Origin: Tubulanus polymorphus
Taxonomy: Eukaryota; Animalia; Nemertea
Reading direction: 5' to 3'
DNA: 64,000 nt
Assembly: GCF_964204645.1 (NCBI RefSeq)
Contig: NC_134034.1
Location: 13,653,062-13,717,061 of the forward strand
This document shows, in pieces, positions 11,053 through 24,000 of the stretch (the first letter of the stretch is position 1; each line of letters begins with the position of its first letter). The notes beneath the pieces were generated by a model that saw nothing but the letters and a program-made list of their open reading frames with translations, ran no database searches and was not told the DNA's origin. The position numbers and the translations under genes were made by a program.

Positions 11053-14000
11053 ATGGCTCATTGCGCCGAAAGCGGAGTTTTGGAGGTAAGCGTGAAGATG
11101 GCGTCTAGCGGAAAAACGAGACATTTCGATATGTCTCGCGACGACCGAGTGGCAGACGTTAGGGAGAGAATCGCCACCGATGAGAAGGTCGACGCGCGAC
11201 GAGTCGTGTTGAAATACATGGGTAAAATACTGGAACGTTTCGCCGTACTCGGCAAATTGGGCGTCTGCAAGGACACGATCCTGAAAGCCGAGGTAAGTTC
11301 TTATTTGATTTAAAAATTGAACTTGATTCAAAGAGTATTACGATTTTCGAGCTTTCGGATTGTTTTAAGATAAGGATTTATCCTGATATTTGTTTGGTAG
11401 ATTTCGTTTGATTTTTTTTATGATTTGGTGCCCCTTAAAAACCCACCACACCAGTTGCCGGTAGCGAAACAGGTGATTTGATTCTGAAATCTGAAATCGA
11501 AGTACCGGCGTACATTGAATAATTCACTCAAAGAAAATCTAGTCCAAATTCTTGATTAATTTGACATTTAGAAAACGAATATTTATACGTTACCTTTCAT
11601 GATTTTGCTGGATCCTTGAAATTTGCGAGAATGAAAACGTTGCATTAGAGACGTAATCATGTTTAGTTATATTGGATAGAATGATTAATCAGTAATTGAA
11701 ATATAACTTATTCGTTGAAGTTATTGAGAATGACGTCATTCAACTAATCTTGATTATATATTCTGAATCCCGAAAGCTTGAAAATTCAGATGTTACTCGT
11801 AAATCAGTTATATCAACAATGACCTATAAGTCTAAATGTACATTCAAAAATAATTTATGACGACAAACAAGAGGAAACGATTATTCGAATTGAAAGTGAA
11901 ATGGCCTCCAAGGCTGTATATTGCCGCCTCTTGAAGACGGACAGTTAAAGGCGTAGACCCCGCGCTGTCTCATCTGGTATAACAATACAAAGTACAAGAA
12001 CAAAAGAGATAAAATCAATTTATCGTCTCGAATTCGTTATGAAAAATAATTCGTCAAAATTCACCTCATATTCGTTTCTTTCCTTTTTAATAATGTTTTT
12101 TGTTTTGTTTCTAAATGTAAGATATCGACCGTAAAGGATTGGACAGTTACTATTGAGATAGCTGATGAACCACGTCGTGCTGTGACGCTTCACGTGCAAA
12201 ATATAACGACTTTCAACGAAATATCGCGTATGCTAAAATATAAGGAGGGACTCGAACCCGGACGAGACGGATGGCTGTATCTGAAGGTAATTTCGGATTG
12301 ACCGCAGTAGAGTTGTGTAAACCCAATTTCACTGTTGGATGGGACTTATTTGATCCAGTCCCAAAGTTGTGCGAATTCGATTTGACTCTGGACCCAGTTC
12401 CTCAGTTGTATGGTTGGATCGAGTATCACAGTTGAACTGATGAAATCTGACTCCAAACCCAATTCCACAGTTGCACCTGCCTGGATTCAATGCAACAGAA
12501 TTTTTCACAGTCTTTCTTTAATCTAACTTTTAGGACGACTCCGGTAAAAAAGACTTCCGCGATGGAGAAACGGCCGTTAAAGATGTCGGACTAGCAGACG
12601 GCGCAGTACTAATCTTAAAGAAACGACAAATTCCGGTTTCACCAGGTAAGTCATTTTTGCACCAGGTGGACTTAAATTGATTGAGTAGATTCACCATTAA
12701 TTTAGATTCCCGACCGGATGAAAAATTATTCCGGGCGCTCTATGAATAACTTATGACAAACTATTTATTTGGGCAGTTGGAATTCTTTTTTTCTTTGTAG
12801 AGAGAAGTTCAGAAGATAATGAAACCTTGCAGGTACAAGAGGCTGGCGCCGACGCGGACAAAGTTGATGTACGTCGATAACAAATGGATCCAGTCGGGTA
12901 TGATTCTTCGTTGTTTGATTTTAAGTCTTCTTTTTTCTCAAATTTTAGGAGGTCATGTCCAGTTTTCAGACGGACGGTCGGTCTATTGAAGTCGTATTTT
13001 CGTTCGATACAACCGGAAGCATGTATAGCTGTTTAGAACAGGTCAGTGCAGGTTCTCATCAACCACTCCTTTCGATGCCGCGTTGGGTAAGCGGCGACTT
13101 CAAAGTCCCAGATGAAGACTTTCTCCTTTCACGAGTGTGCTAGAATTGGAGGTTCATAGCGAACCCCTCACCACGAGGCGGATCTTTTAGCGATCGAAAA
13201 GTCTTCTGAATTCAACATTTAATTCCCTCATTTATGTATTTCAGGTAAGAACTAAACTCCGCGAGACAGTGACCCGTCTGTTAAGAGACATACCAACGAT
13301 CAGAATCGGGATCATCGGTCACGGTGATTACTGCGACGATACAACCGCCGGCGGAAATAAGTACGTCGTCAAAATGAAAGATCTTACGACGGATGTCGAC
13401 GATCTTGTGTCGTTTGTCGAGTCGGTTCCTTCGACGTGCGGCGGAGACTCACCGGAGGTACGTACGGTAGTGCCCCCTAGTGTTTTTTTTCTGTAAATGA
13501 TATCCCGTGAATTATCTAGAAATTGAATCTTTCTTTTAAAAGCATCATTCATTCGTTTAATTTTTTTTCTAAGACTTATTCGCACACTTTGGCATCATCG
13601 GCCGAGTTGTTGTCGGTTGGGCCAGATCTTAGATTGAAATTGTTTTGTAATTTCTATGGTGTGGTCCACTTATCATTCAATGCATTTGCCTATGATATAT
13701 CTATCATGAGTTTTAACAATTTTGCAAAGTTCGGTACCGTTATATATGGAAAAGGGGAATTATTAGTAATGATAATATGTATGAAAATCGCTGTTATGAT
13801 GTTAGCTTTAACTGATGTATTATATATTTCAGTGTTACGAATGGGTGCTGCATAAAGCACAACAACTCGACTGGGGCGAGCATTCAGCGAAAGCGTTAGT
13901 GATAATCGGTGATGCCTGTCCGCATAATCCTGGCTATACCGATTTATACATCAACTGGCTGGACGAATTAGATATTCTTAAAGGGATGGACATCAAGGTA

Positions 14001-15422
14001 TAAAGCAGTAAGCGTTAGTTTTCATTCACGGGCAAGGCGCAAAGTCCTGAAAAGATTTAGATCAACCCCTATAGCCAATAAAGAAGTCTTAACATATTGT
14101 CGTTCAAATCGAGAGATTACGATCAAGACCATCTTGAGAGATCGAAGAACAACATTTAAGCTCATTTTGGGGCTATTAGTAAAAAAACTGAGACTTGAAA
14201 TGATTTACCTTGATGATAAGATCGATATTTTATCATGAGATTAGTCTCTTCAGGAGTCAGGCGTGTGCTTTGGTATAAAACGGTTTATTTTGATATTGTC
14301 AGGTCTATGGAGTGCAGGCACTGAGTAATTCCCACGCCGCCTGTTTCTATAACGAGATGTCTTCACGGACAGGGGGCGCTGCTCTGGCGTTGAAAGATTT
14401 CCAACTGATCACTGACATGTTTCTGGCAGGTAAGCGACGCACCTTGAGGCATATCAACTTTTTTAATTAATAAAAAAAAAACGGTCGCACAGACGTGAAC
14501 AAAAATGATCCACCATGGATTATTGGTATATATGAATGATGAAATAAAAGTTCGGGTTTTTAATTATAGTCTGTTACAACGAATCGAGTCCGGAACAACT
14601 GCAGCAATACTGCGAGGAAATCGAACAAGAAGGACGTATGAACGAAGCGACGAAAGAAATGTTCGATAAACTGGAAGAACAACAACAGGAACAAAAAAAG
14701 AAAGAAAAAGAAGGAGAGAAAACGAGCGAAAAACTGAATGAAAATAAGGTCGGTTGAATAGAGGGGTATTTGAGTGCATTAGGTTCAGTTCATCATGAAT
14801 CTGATCCTCAATGGGGGATTTTGGCACCAGTCGTTAAGATCCGCCAGGTTCGCTAGTAGTTACTCGCAGTTCTATTAACATTTCCAATTAAAAATCGAAC
14901 CAAATTTTCTCAGGTATTTAAAAATGTTCATCGATTCGAAAACTGAGTAAACAAGTCAATCTTATACCTGTATCTGTTACGTATTTGACGAAGCTTGATA
15001 ACATTTGGATTTGGAAGCAAAAAATCCAATCAACTTTAACTCGCTTACTTCCATTAGATTACGTAACGTTGACTAGTTGCACCATGGACTTTTTGAAACC
15101 ATGCCTCACTGAAATCACATCTGGTCTATCTTTGTATCGTTTTTGTGTTTTCTAGGAGTTTAAAGCATCTTGGTGGAGAGACGACCGAACCAAGTCGCCT
15201 AAATATTCTTACGACTCCGTGAAAGACAAATGGCATCCTTACGGTGATTGGAACAGATATCCCGATATCGAAAAAGACGACAGTGCACCGGAACCGGTGA
15301 CGTCATCGCCGCCACCATCGCCGACGTCGTCGTCGAATCGATCGTCTGCCGGTGAAAAGAAAACCGTTTGGAAACGAATAAAACGTTCATTTTCAATACG
15401 CAAACGCAAAACAAACAAATAA
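11053..15422 (+). CDS. tandem ubiquitin-like domain + von Willebrand A (MIDAS) protein, 542 aa, 10 exons
   Basis: Exons 11053-11292, 12122-12286, 12534-12645, 12801-12868, 12949-13041, 13245-13457, 13833-13997, 14303-14429, 14570-14748, 15156-15422, all GT-AG and phase-consistent. UBL1: ...VADVRERIATDEKVDARRVVLKYMGKILE...LGKLGV. A weaker second UBL-like unit ends VKDVGLADGAVLIL. vWA motifs: VVFSFDTTGSM, IGHGDYCD, GGDSPECYE, KALVIIGDACPH, VYGVQAL. Confidence 0.85.
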
Positions 15423-15426
15423 ACAA

Positions 15427-15989
15427 CAACGCGACGAAATTGTGTGATTGAAAACAACGCGACGAGATTGTGTGATTGAAAACAACGCGACGAGATTGTG
15501 TGATTGAAAACAACGCGACGAGATTGTGTGATTGAAAACAACGCGACGAGATTGTGTGATTGAAAACAACGCGACGAGATTGTGTGATTGAAAACAACGC
15601 GACGAGATTGTGTGATTGAAAACAACGCGACGAGATTGTGTGATTGAAAACAACGCGACGAGATTGTGTGATTGAAAACAACGCGACGAGATTGTGTGAT
15701 TGAAAACAACGCGACGAGATTGTGTGATTGAAAACAACGCGACGAGATTGTGTGATTGAAAACAACGCGACGAGATTGTGTGATTGAAAACAACGCGACG
15801 AGATTGTGTGATTGAAAACAACGCGACGAGATTGTGTGATTGAAAACAACGCGACGAGATTGTGTGATTGAAAACAACGCGACGAGATTGTGTGATTGAA
15901 AACAACGCGACGAGATTGTGTGATTGAAAACAACGCGACGAGATTGTGTGATTGAAAACAACGCGACGAGATTGTGTGATTGAAAACAA
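15427..15989. repeat. 28-bp near-perfect minisatellite, about 20 copies
   Basis: Unit AACAACGCGACGAGATTGTGTGATTGAA, starting within a few bases of the UBL-vWA stop codon. Confidence 0.97.
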
Positions 15990-16529
15990 TGCAGCGAAAT
16001 GTGTGAATGAAAACCATGTCAGAATGATTCATAACCACGCGACTATCATAGTTAGACACGGATAACTAAACAACTGTTTAAGTAACTTTGTAAGGAGTGT
16101 TGAATTCAGAAGGCGCGTGTAACTTGGTTTAAACAGTGTCTAATTGATGAACGTGTATAAAAATAAACACCCTTTGTAGTTACGGCCCTTTAATAGTTAT
16201 TGAACTTGTTTCTGTTGTTGATGTTACTAAGTGCAGTTTGACGCCTAGGAATGACAGAGGATGCGGCTATAACGTGTACTGTTTGTGTGATATTTCGGTA
16301 AACCTGATCGGTGTGCACCTCTTCTACCGAATTTGATCTTTTTTAACGCCATTAAAACCGCTACAATGATTTTTTAGAACATTTAAACATGTTGTTAACT
16401 ACTATGCGTTATTCAAGGCGTTCTGTGTTTGTCAATGTGCACTACGTCATCAATATTTGGTGTTTATAAATGACAATTTATTTGTATTCAAACGTATTTT
16501 TGACTCAATACTGGATAAATAAACGATAC

Positions 16530-16925
16530 ACGTTCAAAACAAATAAGTTAGCAGAATCTATTGATAAAAAATTTACCGAAGCATAGGAGGCGATTATCAA
16601 TACCAAAACCTTGCGGGCCCAAGGAAAGTAGCCCCAACCTTAACTGGCTCGTAACCCTAACCCTAGCTCATTCGTAACCCTAACCCTAGCTGACTCGTAA
16701 CCCTAACCCTAGCTCCAGCTCGCTAGCTAACAGGTTTCGAACCTGTGACCTCCAATATGCCAGCCGTGCACGCTACCCACTAGGCCACTGAGCTGTAGTG
16801 ATTGACACAGTTTGTAAATACGTCCGGTCAGTGTGGTGACCAGTCAGGTGCGATCGGCGCTATTCACCAAAGGCACCCTCTCATATGTTGTTTAAAGAAA
16901 TATGGACATCCTAGATTCCACACTT
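16530..16925 (-). mobile_element. ~390-bp element with tRNA-like core and TTAGGG repeats (copy 1)
   Basis: Homologous along its length to 26845-27200. A-box TGGCCTAGTGG, B-box GGTTCGAAACC, then (TAGGGT)n-containing repeats. Short subterminal inverted motif GAATCTA...TAGATTC. Confidence 0.75.
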
Positions 16926-17418
16926 ACTCGGTCGGTTCAATATCCGTGAAGTTTTACTTGAATATTTTCGGCATAAACTTATATTTCCCTGGTTGTAAAC
17001 TTAGGTGATTTATTTACAAATAACTCGTGTTTTCTATTCAATGCATTTTCGTGTCAGTTGAATTATAAAGTTTGAGTGGATATGCCGAATCGATTTATTT
17101 TTACTTATCAATTTTTATTCAAACTCACAATAATTTTTGTTGATCCTTAATAATAATATATTGTATTCATTGTCGACAATATACGATACTTAGTGAGTTT
17201 GGGCATTGAAGGTTTCGTACCAACTAGTGAGGTCGTTTATTCATTGATTGTTGACTCATCCACCTGATGTAGCTATTATACATTAAACTCCTAAAGATTA
17301 GTTAATTCTAGTTTATTCAGTTCTGTCTGTTCCCGTTACACTTTTTACCGTACTGTCTTTCTTTATACGTTGTACTGAATAAGCGAAAATGTTTTATCAA
17401 ACTTGAAATCAATCGCGG

Positions 17419-18369
17419 TTATTTCTTTGAATTTCTACAGCAGATTTTCATACAGAAATATTCACGAATTTCTCGTCCCAGTAAAAGATATATGTAGAAA
17501 TTAACTACAAAGTTACACATTTGGAACTGAGCAAATATGTCATATAGAAATTCTCTCTGTTTCTGTGGTACTCGTAAAAATGTAATAACAGTGGTTGGAA
17601 GTGTAAATATTGCAAATGCGAGTGAAACTGTTAGAAGCATTATTGTCGTACGTTTTGATTTTGTAGTTTTCTGATCGGACGAAACCACTTTTGAACCCCT
17701 GAATAACTGAAATATTATAACAGAATTTGATATGACGATCAGAATTAAGGGTAAAAGGTAAATGAAAATGGCAATTATGAAGAAAAATCTTATTTGGTCG
17801 AATAATTCGTGGTAACATCCGAAAAACTTATCGGTGAAATGTATCGATAAAGTTGGAAGAAAATATAGAACCATCGAATTCATTACAATAATTATCAATA
17901 TAGTAAATCTAGCGAATCTCGGTGTACATATCAAACGAGATGTGAACGGGAAGAGAACAACTGCCGCTCGTTCTAGAGATATCGCTATAATTAACCAGGA
18001 ACTGTTGCTTGCTGTGAGTATCATTACAAATTCGTAAATTTGACATGTGATCAGTGAATTCATGATGAATATCGGACCGTCTTTAACGTGCAAGAGAACG
18101 AACTGTAAAAGAGGCATCAGCGTAAAACTCATGCAGTACATAAAATCACTGACTGACAAAACGATCAGATAGTTAGCGTAAGATAAACTGCGGAATCTAC
18201 GACTTATCATTATCAGGAAAGTAGCTGAATTTCCAAAGGCTCCTAACAACAACAAGGTAGGCAGAATCACCAGTGATACAGTACGGTAGATTCCAGATCT
18301 GTTTTCCACAAACATGATGATGAGGTAACTGCTGTAAGTTCGACCGATTTGAATCCGAGTAGAATTCAT
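17419..18369 (-). CDS. intronless rhodopsin-class GPCR (orphan, peptide/chemoreceptor-like)
   Basis: 316-aa ORF with 7 hydrophobic helices. Motifs: GN in TM1, LSVSD in TM2, TM3 Cys, SLERAAVVLFP (DRY variant), TM5 LLP, TM6 IFTLP, TM7 NFVVNFYIY. The true start may be the downstream Met (MFVENRS). Confidence 0.9.
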   Translation of the reverse strand: MNSTRIQIGRTYSSYLIIMFVENRSGIYRTVSLVILPTLLLLGAFGNSATFLIMISRRFRSLSYANYLIVLSVSDFMYCMSFTLMPLLQFVLLHVKDGPIFIMNSLITCQIYEFVMILTASNSSWLIIAISLERAAVVLFPFTSRLICTPRFARFTILIIIVMNSMVLYFLPTLSIHFTDKFFGCYHELFDQIRFFFIIAIFIYLLPLILIVISNSVIIFQLFRGSKVVSSDQKTTKSKRTTIMLLTVSLAFAIFTLPTTVITFLRVPQKQREFLYDIFAQFQMCNFVVNFYIYLLLGREIREYFCMKICCRNSKK

Positions 18370-18419
18370 AATGATTCAATCAAAATCGAAATTAGAATCG
18401 AACTAGTGTCTTCTGTCTA

Positions 18420-18680
18420 TCCGAGAGTGTCTACTGACTGTCTGAGAGTGTTCCGATTATCTGAGAGTGTCCTACACTACCTGAGACTGTACTGACTGTC
18501 TGAGAATGTACTGACTGTCTGAGACTGTACTGACTGTCTGAGACTGTACTGACTGTCTGAGAGTTTTCCGATTATCTGAGAGTGTCCTACACTACCTGAG
18601 ACTGTGCTGACTGTCTGAGAGGGTGCTGACTGTCCGAGAGGGTGCTGACTGTCTGAGAGCGTACTGACTGTCTGAGAATG
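18420..18680. repeat. 19-bp CTGACTGTCTGAGACTGTA-type tandem repeat
   Basis: Degenerate tandem array immediately 5' of the GPCR start. Confidence 0.9.
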
Positions 18681-19442
18681 TTCCGGAACTGATCGTGTCT
18701 TCCTGCGTATCATGGCAAAATTAATTCAAATTTTATATTAAGGTATCAATAAAGTCTTCTTACAAGTGCAATTCATTTGTAAGATTTATTGTTAATAGCA
18801 AATGAAAAATCAATTCTCAGAAACCTTACACAATGAACTCAGGATTTGCGAAAGTTTATTATCGTGGAGAATATAATTGTAACTGAATTAGATATAAATA
18901 TTCGTTGTACAAGAATTCATTGTAAATGGTGAAATATGTTACAGTAAAACATCTGAACAGGTTGGAAAATGTCTATTACAATACAGGGGACACATAGGTA
19001 GAACAGCACCAGTTCATTATTCAACGAGATCCATACACACACCCGTCGTAGCCAGTTGATTGCGTAACCATGACAAAGAAGCATTCGCTGCAAACTTGTC
19101 TGATCAAAGTAATAAAGAATTAAATGACGACATCAATTGACTAATAATCAATGATGACGTAGGACAAATATGGATATTGAATTGCTATCAAATGAAATTA
19201 ACGGAGTGAATATAAAAGAAGGTGCCATCAAAACACAGCCAAAAAAGATAAGAAATTGCAGACCAAACAACTACATGATTGGGGAGGGGGGGGGGGGGGT
19301 CGATTGTATGTGGTTTAAACCAATAGCCGTTCAATTGCGAAAATCTTATATAACATACTAATTATTTCATTTATTCTTAACAAAAATCAGAGCAATTAGT
19401 GCATGATAAAAAGTGCGTCTTTACATTCGATGGAAGTAGCGA

Positions 19443-19649
19443 TGTGTGACGTATGCAAGAATTCCTGCGCTGGTTGGTTGAAATTACGTCTGCTGTGTGA
19501 CGTAAGCAGGAATTCTCGCGCTGGTTGGTTGAAATTACGTCTGCTGTGTGACGTAAGCAGGAATTCCCGCGCTGGTTGGTTGAAATTATGTCTGCTGTGT
19601 GACGTAAGCAGGAATTCTCGCGCTGGTTGGTTGAAATTACGTCTGCTGT
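19443..19649. repeat. 51-bp tandem repeat, about 4 copies, overlapping the adenylate cyclase stop
   Basis: Unit TGTGTGACGTAAGCAGGAATTCTCGCGCTGGTTGGTTGAAATTACGTCTGC. The last unit contains the cyclase codons CAG CAG ACG TAA on the minus strand. Confidence 0.9.
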
Positions 19650-21012
19650 ACTTGATTTGGCAACACGCCATATTTTTCGCTACTTGTCGTGGTCGAAATT
19701 TTGCCGTTAACGTAATACGTCATCAGTTGGCCTTTTCCTTTCACGTTCACCAGACCTCGTTTCTCGAAGGCGTAACCGAATTTAATCAGTATTTTCATTG
19801 TGGCCTCGACAACCTGCGGAATGAACGGAATATAGAGAACAGAATCTGATGAAAAGCAGGGGGCGTTGATCGCGACTTTTTAAAGCGTTACTTGTATACG
19901 GCCTGAGATTCCAGTTGACTCCATGCGACTGGCTACATTCACCGTGTTACCCCAGATATCATAGTGAGGCTTACGCGCTCCGATTACACCGGCGATCACC
20001 GGACCATGGCTTATACCTGGACAAGAAAAAACTAACTTAAAAGTTTATTGACCTCACGAAGAGAAATATCCAAATCGTCTGAGGAGCAGTTTGTTACAGG
20101 TGTAAACTCAACACAATTAACGGCGTATTTAGCATAGAAGTCGCCTGCGTCATGTTACTGAACCAAACCCGAATCGGATGATGTTCTCAAAAACAAATGC
20201 GCCTCAAATTCTGTTTTCCGCCGTGTTACGTGGTTCAGTAAGGCCCTATATAGATTGGATACTTTACTTACCTATTCGAAGTACGAAATTGTTAAACGAC
20301 TGCGAGTTTATTTTATCCAGCGAATCCCGCATCGCGAATGTGAAATCAACTAAATCCGATAGATGGCTCCAGCTCACCTATCAAAGGAAACGGCGAGAAA
20401 GCCCTGAGACATTAACATACACACAGTCATAGTAGACAGATCAGTGAAAGTGCATGTAGGTTATTACGTGAATTCGACAATTAGTCTCGTGATGGTAAGA
20501 AGAGGACTTGAGTTACGACGTCCCGGGTTCTAGCAACTCCCACTTGGAGAAAGGATTATATTCGTATGACTAAAACCCGCTATATACAACTCACAATAGA
20601 CAAATTTAAAGATTTTAATCTTTATAGACTAAAACGAATCTTTTTCATCAAATCAAAATTAACGGGATTTTGGGGCTCCCTCTATTAGCCATGGTTGGGA
20701 ATTGATTCAGCCATGGTAAGGACAACCCTGTAATGATGCTAGGCGAGTATCTCTTACCCGTTCTTGGAGATGTTGCGTTTTAGTCATGCCGCTAGCCGCC
20801 ATGTATGTCGATCCGATAGTCTTGATTTTTGTGACCGCGTGAAATCGTGGTTCATTTAAAAGCTAAATAAAAACGGAGTTTATAACGGAGGTTTTACATC
20901 ATCTTTGATTAACGTAACAAGAAAAACTATTGTTAACTAATCGAATCGACCTTGACACCTTTTTCTAGTAGGAATTTTATATACATATATTGCATAACTT
21001 AAAATGACTTAA

Positions 21013-21067
<55 letters not shown>

Positions 21068-24000
21068 CATTAGCAATTGGACTTACTTTCCAATAACCTT
21101 TTTTGGTCATGTGGGGTTAACTAGAATTGTTTTTTTTTTGGTAAGATTTAATGATGTCAATGGGGACTCAATGGAAAAAGCCAACTTTTAGATGCTTTAG
21201 ATATTTGATGATGTCATGGGGGAGGGAGGGTTGTAAGGAGGCAGCCATCTTCTCGCGATGTGCGAACTAAAAAATCTTTGATGATAACAAGAGGGATCAC
21301 CTAGCTACTCGCGGAGGTAGATTTTCCTGTACTAATCTGCGTTTTTAGGTAATTAGAAAACTAATTGAAACAATTAAGGCAAGAAATAGCGGACAAACCT
21401 CGTCGTAGTCGGATATGATCTCGTTCAAGAAACGGAGACATTCCAGACCGTTATTATTTATAGAATCTTCGGTGTAGAAATCATTGAAATTCGCGCAGGC
21501 GGCGAAAACGACACCGACCTCATCATACTGCTGACAGTATAACTCCTGAAAATAACACAAAGCTGACAGTATAACTCCTGAAAATGACATACTGCTGACA
21601 GAAACATCAGACACTAGGCATTTTTGTCGGCACACTTTCAATAACTGATTGCCCAGACGTCACCGAGAATGGTGATCGTCTGCAGAAGGATGTGGCTCCA
21701 GGCTGCATTTATTAAAACTTTTTTGAAAGATGAGAAAAGGAACTTGATACAATATTTGTGGGTCTATTCAACATCTTTTACCTCATCTGAACGATTTGTT
21801 CCCAGGAAATCACGAGCCACTTGAGGCGGTAGAATATTGTCGACGAGTTGTTGATTTTTCTGTCGAATCGACGTCACCTGGTCGTTTCGTTCGGCGATTT
21901 CGCGTTTTCTGACGAACAACTTCCGCCGCACCAACGCCGTCTGTCGGAATCGAAAAAAATGAGGGATATGTGAAAGTCTGTGTATATGTTTATTGAAATC
22001 CTTTAAAGATAACACTTCGATTTTGAAGAATACTTGCATATCTGTACAGAGAGATGGAAGCGACTGTAGCACAGATTAAAGATATCACCACCGAATATTT
22101 CGAAGATATAAAACTGTAATAATATAAGAACCAGGGAACTACGTTATGAAAATACTTTCTCCAAGGTCCAGTTTCACGGTCATTGAGAGACTTCAAAGAG
22201 TTCTTTTCCGTGACACAAGTCCAGTCACAAGAAACCGAGAAATTGTAAGCTTAGGATCTTATTACAACTACGTCAACTAGTAATAGTGAAAAAGTTATCA
22301 ACTTTTCAAGCATCACGGGAATACGTCATCAGAAATAAACGCAATCAAAGGTGCTAAGATTTTGAATTCATGCACTTAATATAGGAAACGAGAAAGTTTA
22401 TTTTCTAAATTATGCTGGTAATGTAAAATACTAAATTATACTATTCATATAAAATACTTTTAACCAAATGTATATTCTCGTGGTCTGGAATACTTTCGTT
22501 TAATTCACACACAACTAACTGAACGTTAATAATATAATACTGATGACAATTGAAAACTGTACAAAACATCCATCTTTGGACGTATCTGTAACGTACCTAT
22601 TTTTGTTAATTATCAAATCGTAATTATCGAATTGATCTGGACGGACGATCAGAATCCAGCAGCAGACGATTATCAGTATAACTACCGTCAATATAACACG
22701 TGACATGTAACACGTCTGAATGAGCAAAGTCGTTCCCAGTTGTGACGTCATTAGTAGACTAGCGAAATACGTCACGTGTTCGTTCGCGGTGACCTTGACA
22801 TCGCTCGAAGCCTAAAATTTGAATGTTTATATAGGCAGGTTTCCATTGGTGTATATCTATCGATGACGCAATCGAATGCAAAGTCCAATAACCCAATTTC
22901 GAAGGGTGTGACAGTTTAAATACATACCAATTTCACGAACTCTGTAGCTCCCGATGCCGCCGAGACGAGCAGCAGGGCGACTAAACGCGGCAGATTATTC
23001 ATTTCTATGATACGAGCTGAATTGACTAAACAACGAGGAAATACCTGTAAAAAATAAACTGACGTCTGCCGGCAAAATTGTGGTGATCCAATTCTATGAG
23101 CCGCCATTTAAATAAAAGTTAGTATGAAGATGTTTTAAAAATGGCCGATATTTGAGTCGAAAATGTCTCACAGCTTTTGTTTTTTCAATTGAATTATTAA
23201 TAGTCACTTGTTGTCTTAGAAACCTGCTGAAAAGTTGTTTAAAGTTTGGTTGTTTAAAGTTTGATGTATTGTTTTCATAATATGTTCATGATAATACAAT
23301 GCTTCATATATTGTTTTACCTTCGGGAAGTTGGAAGAGATAGAAATCAGGAACAGAGTAACTGTAATAACCGTGGATAATGTGAATATAATACCAGCCAC
23401 TGGGTTCCTGTAAAAACATGAATGAATATATCAAATACTCGTGTGTAGCCTTTTTCAAAGATTCCATACGAAATTAACTACGTAGGCTAGCAGATTCTTA
23501 GAAAAGGCTTATTCTTGTTGAAAATGGCATAAATGTGCATATCAAAAAGTGTTTACCAATGCACGTGAAACACAGCCATTTTGACTGGATTACTGGAAAA
23601 GGGCCTAGGATTGGATGGGTGGTATTATTTGTCTATTTGCCTCAGATATATGGATTCGGAAGCTTAAAAATCGATTGAGAATGAATGTAACACTCCCATT
23701 TCTACTAGAAATTTGATTGGATATGTTGAAAAATACTTACGTGCTGAAAATGCATAGACTTGACAAATAGTTCAGCAAAACGACCAATAAACTGACCAAT
23801 ACCGACTGCGGTATTTGTCGCGCGTGCGCACTGGCGTATTGACTCTCGAGAGTTTTATCACGGAACGCTAGCGTCACCTGGCGGACGTTACGCTTCAATT
23901 TCCTGTTTCAAAAGTAATGCGAGGAAAAACATGTTTTTAATCGATAACATAAAGGGTGTTTTCGGAAATTGACGAGGCGATTTTTGTTATTTATTCTATT

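Noticed and set aside
15427-15989. CRISPR-like array of 28-bp repeats, and the long ORFs 15199-16059, 15239-15961 and 15393-15989
   Set aside because: The repeats are head-to-tail with no unique spacers, there are no cas genes and the context is eukaryotic. The ORFs are translations of a stop-free repeat strand.
16640-16712. Interstitial telomere or chromosome fusion site
   Set aside because: Only short interrupted TAACCC runs, which recur as part of a dispersed element.
19637-20862. Truncated or pseudogenic cyclase lacking the end of C2
   Set aside because: The final C2 exons are simply absent from the ORF track. All were found, in phase, with intact catalytic residues.
23216-23467. 83-aa ORF as a cyclase exon frame
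   Set aside because: Phase analysis shows the real exon (23407-23320) uses another frame encoding a TM helix ([23 protein letters not shown]).
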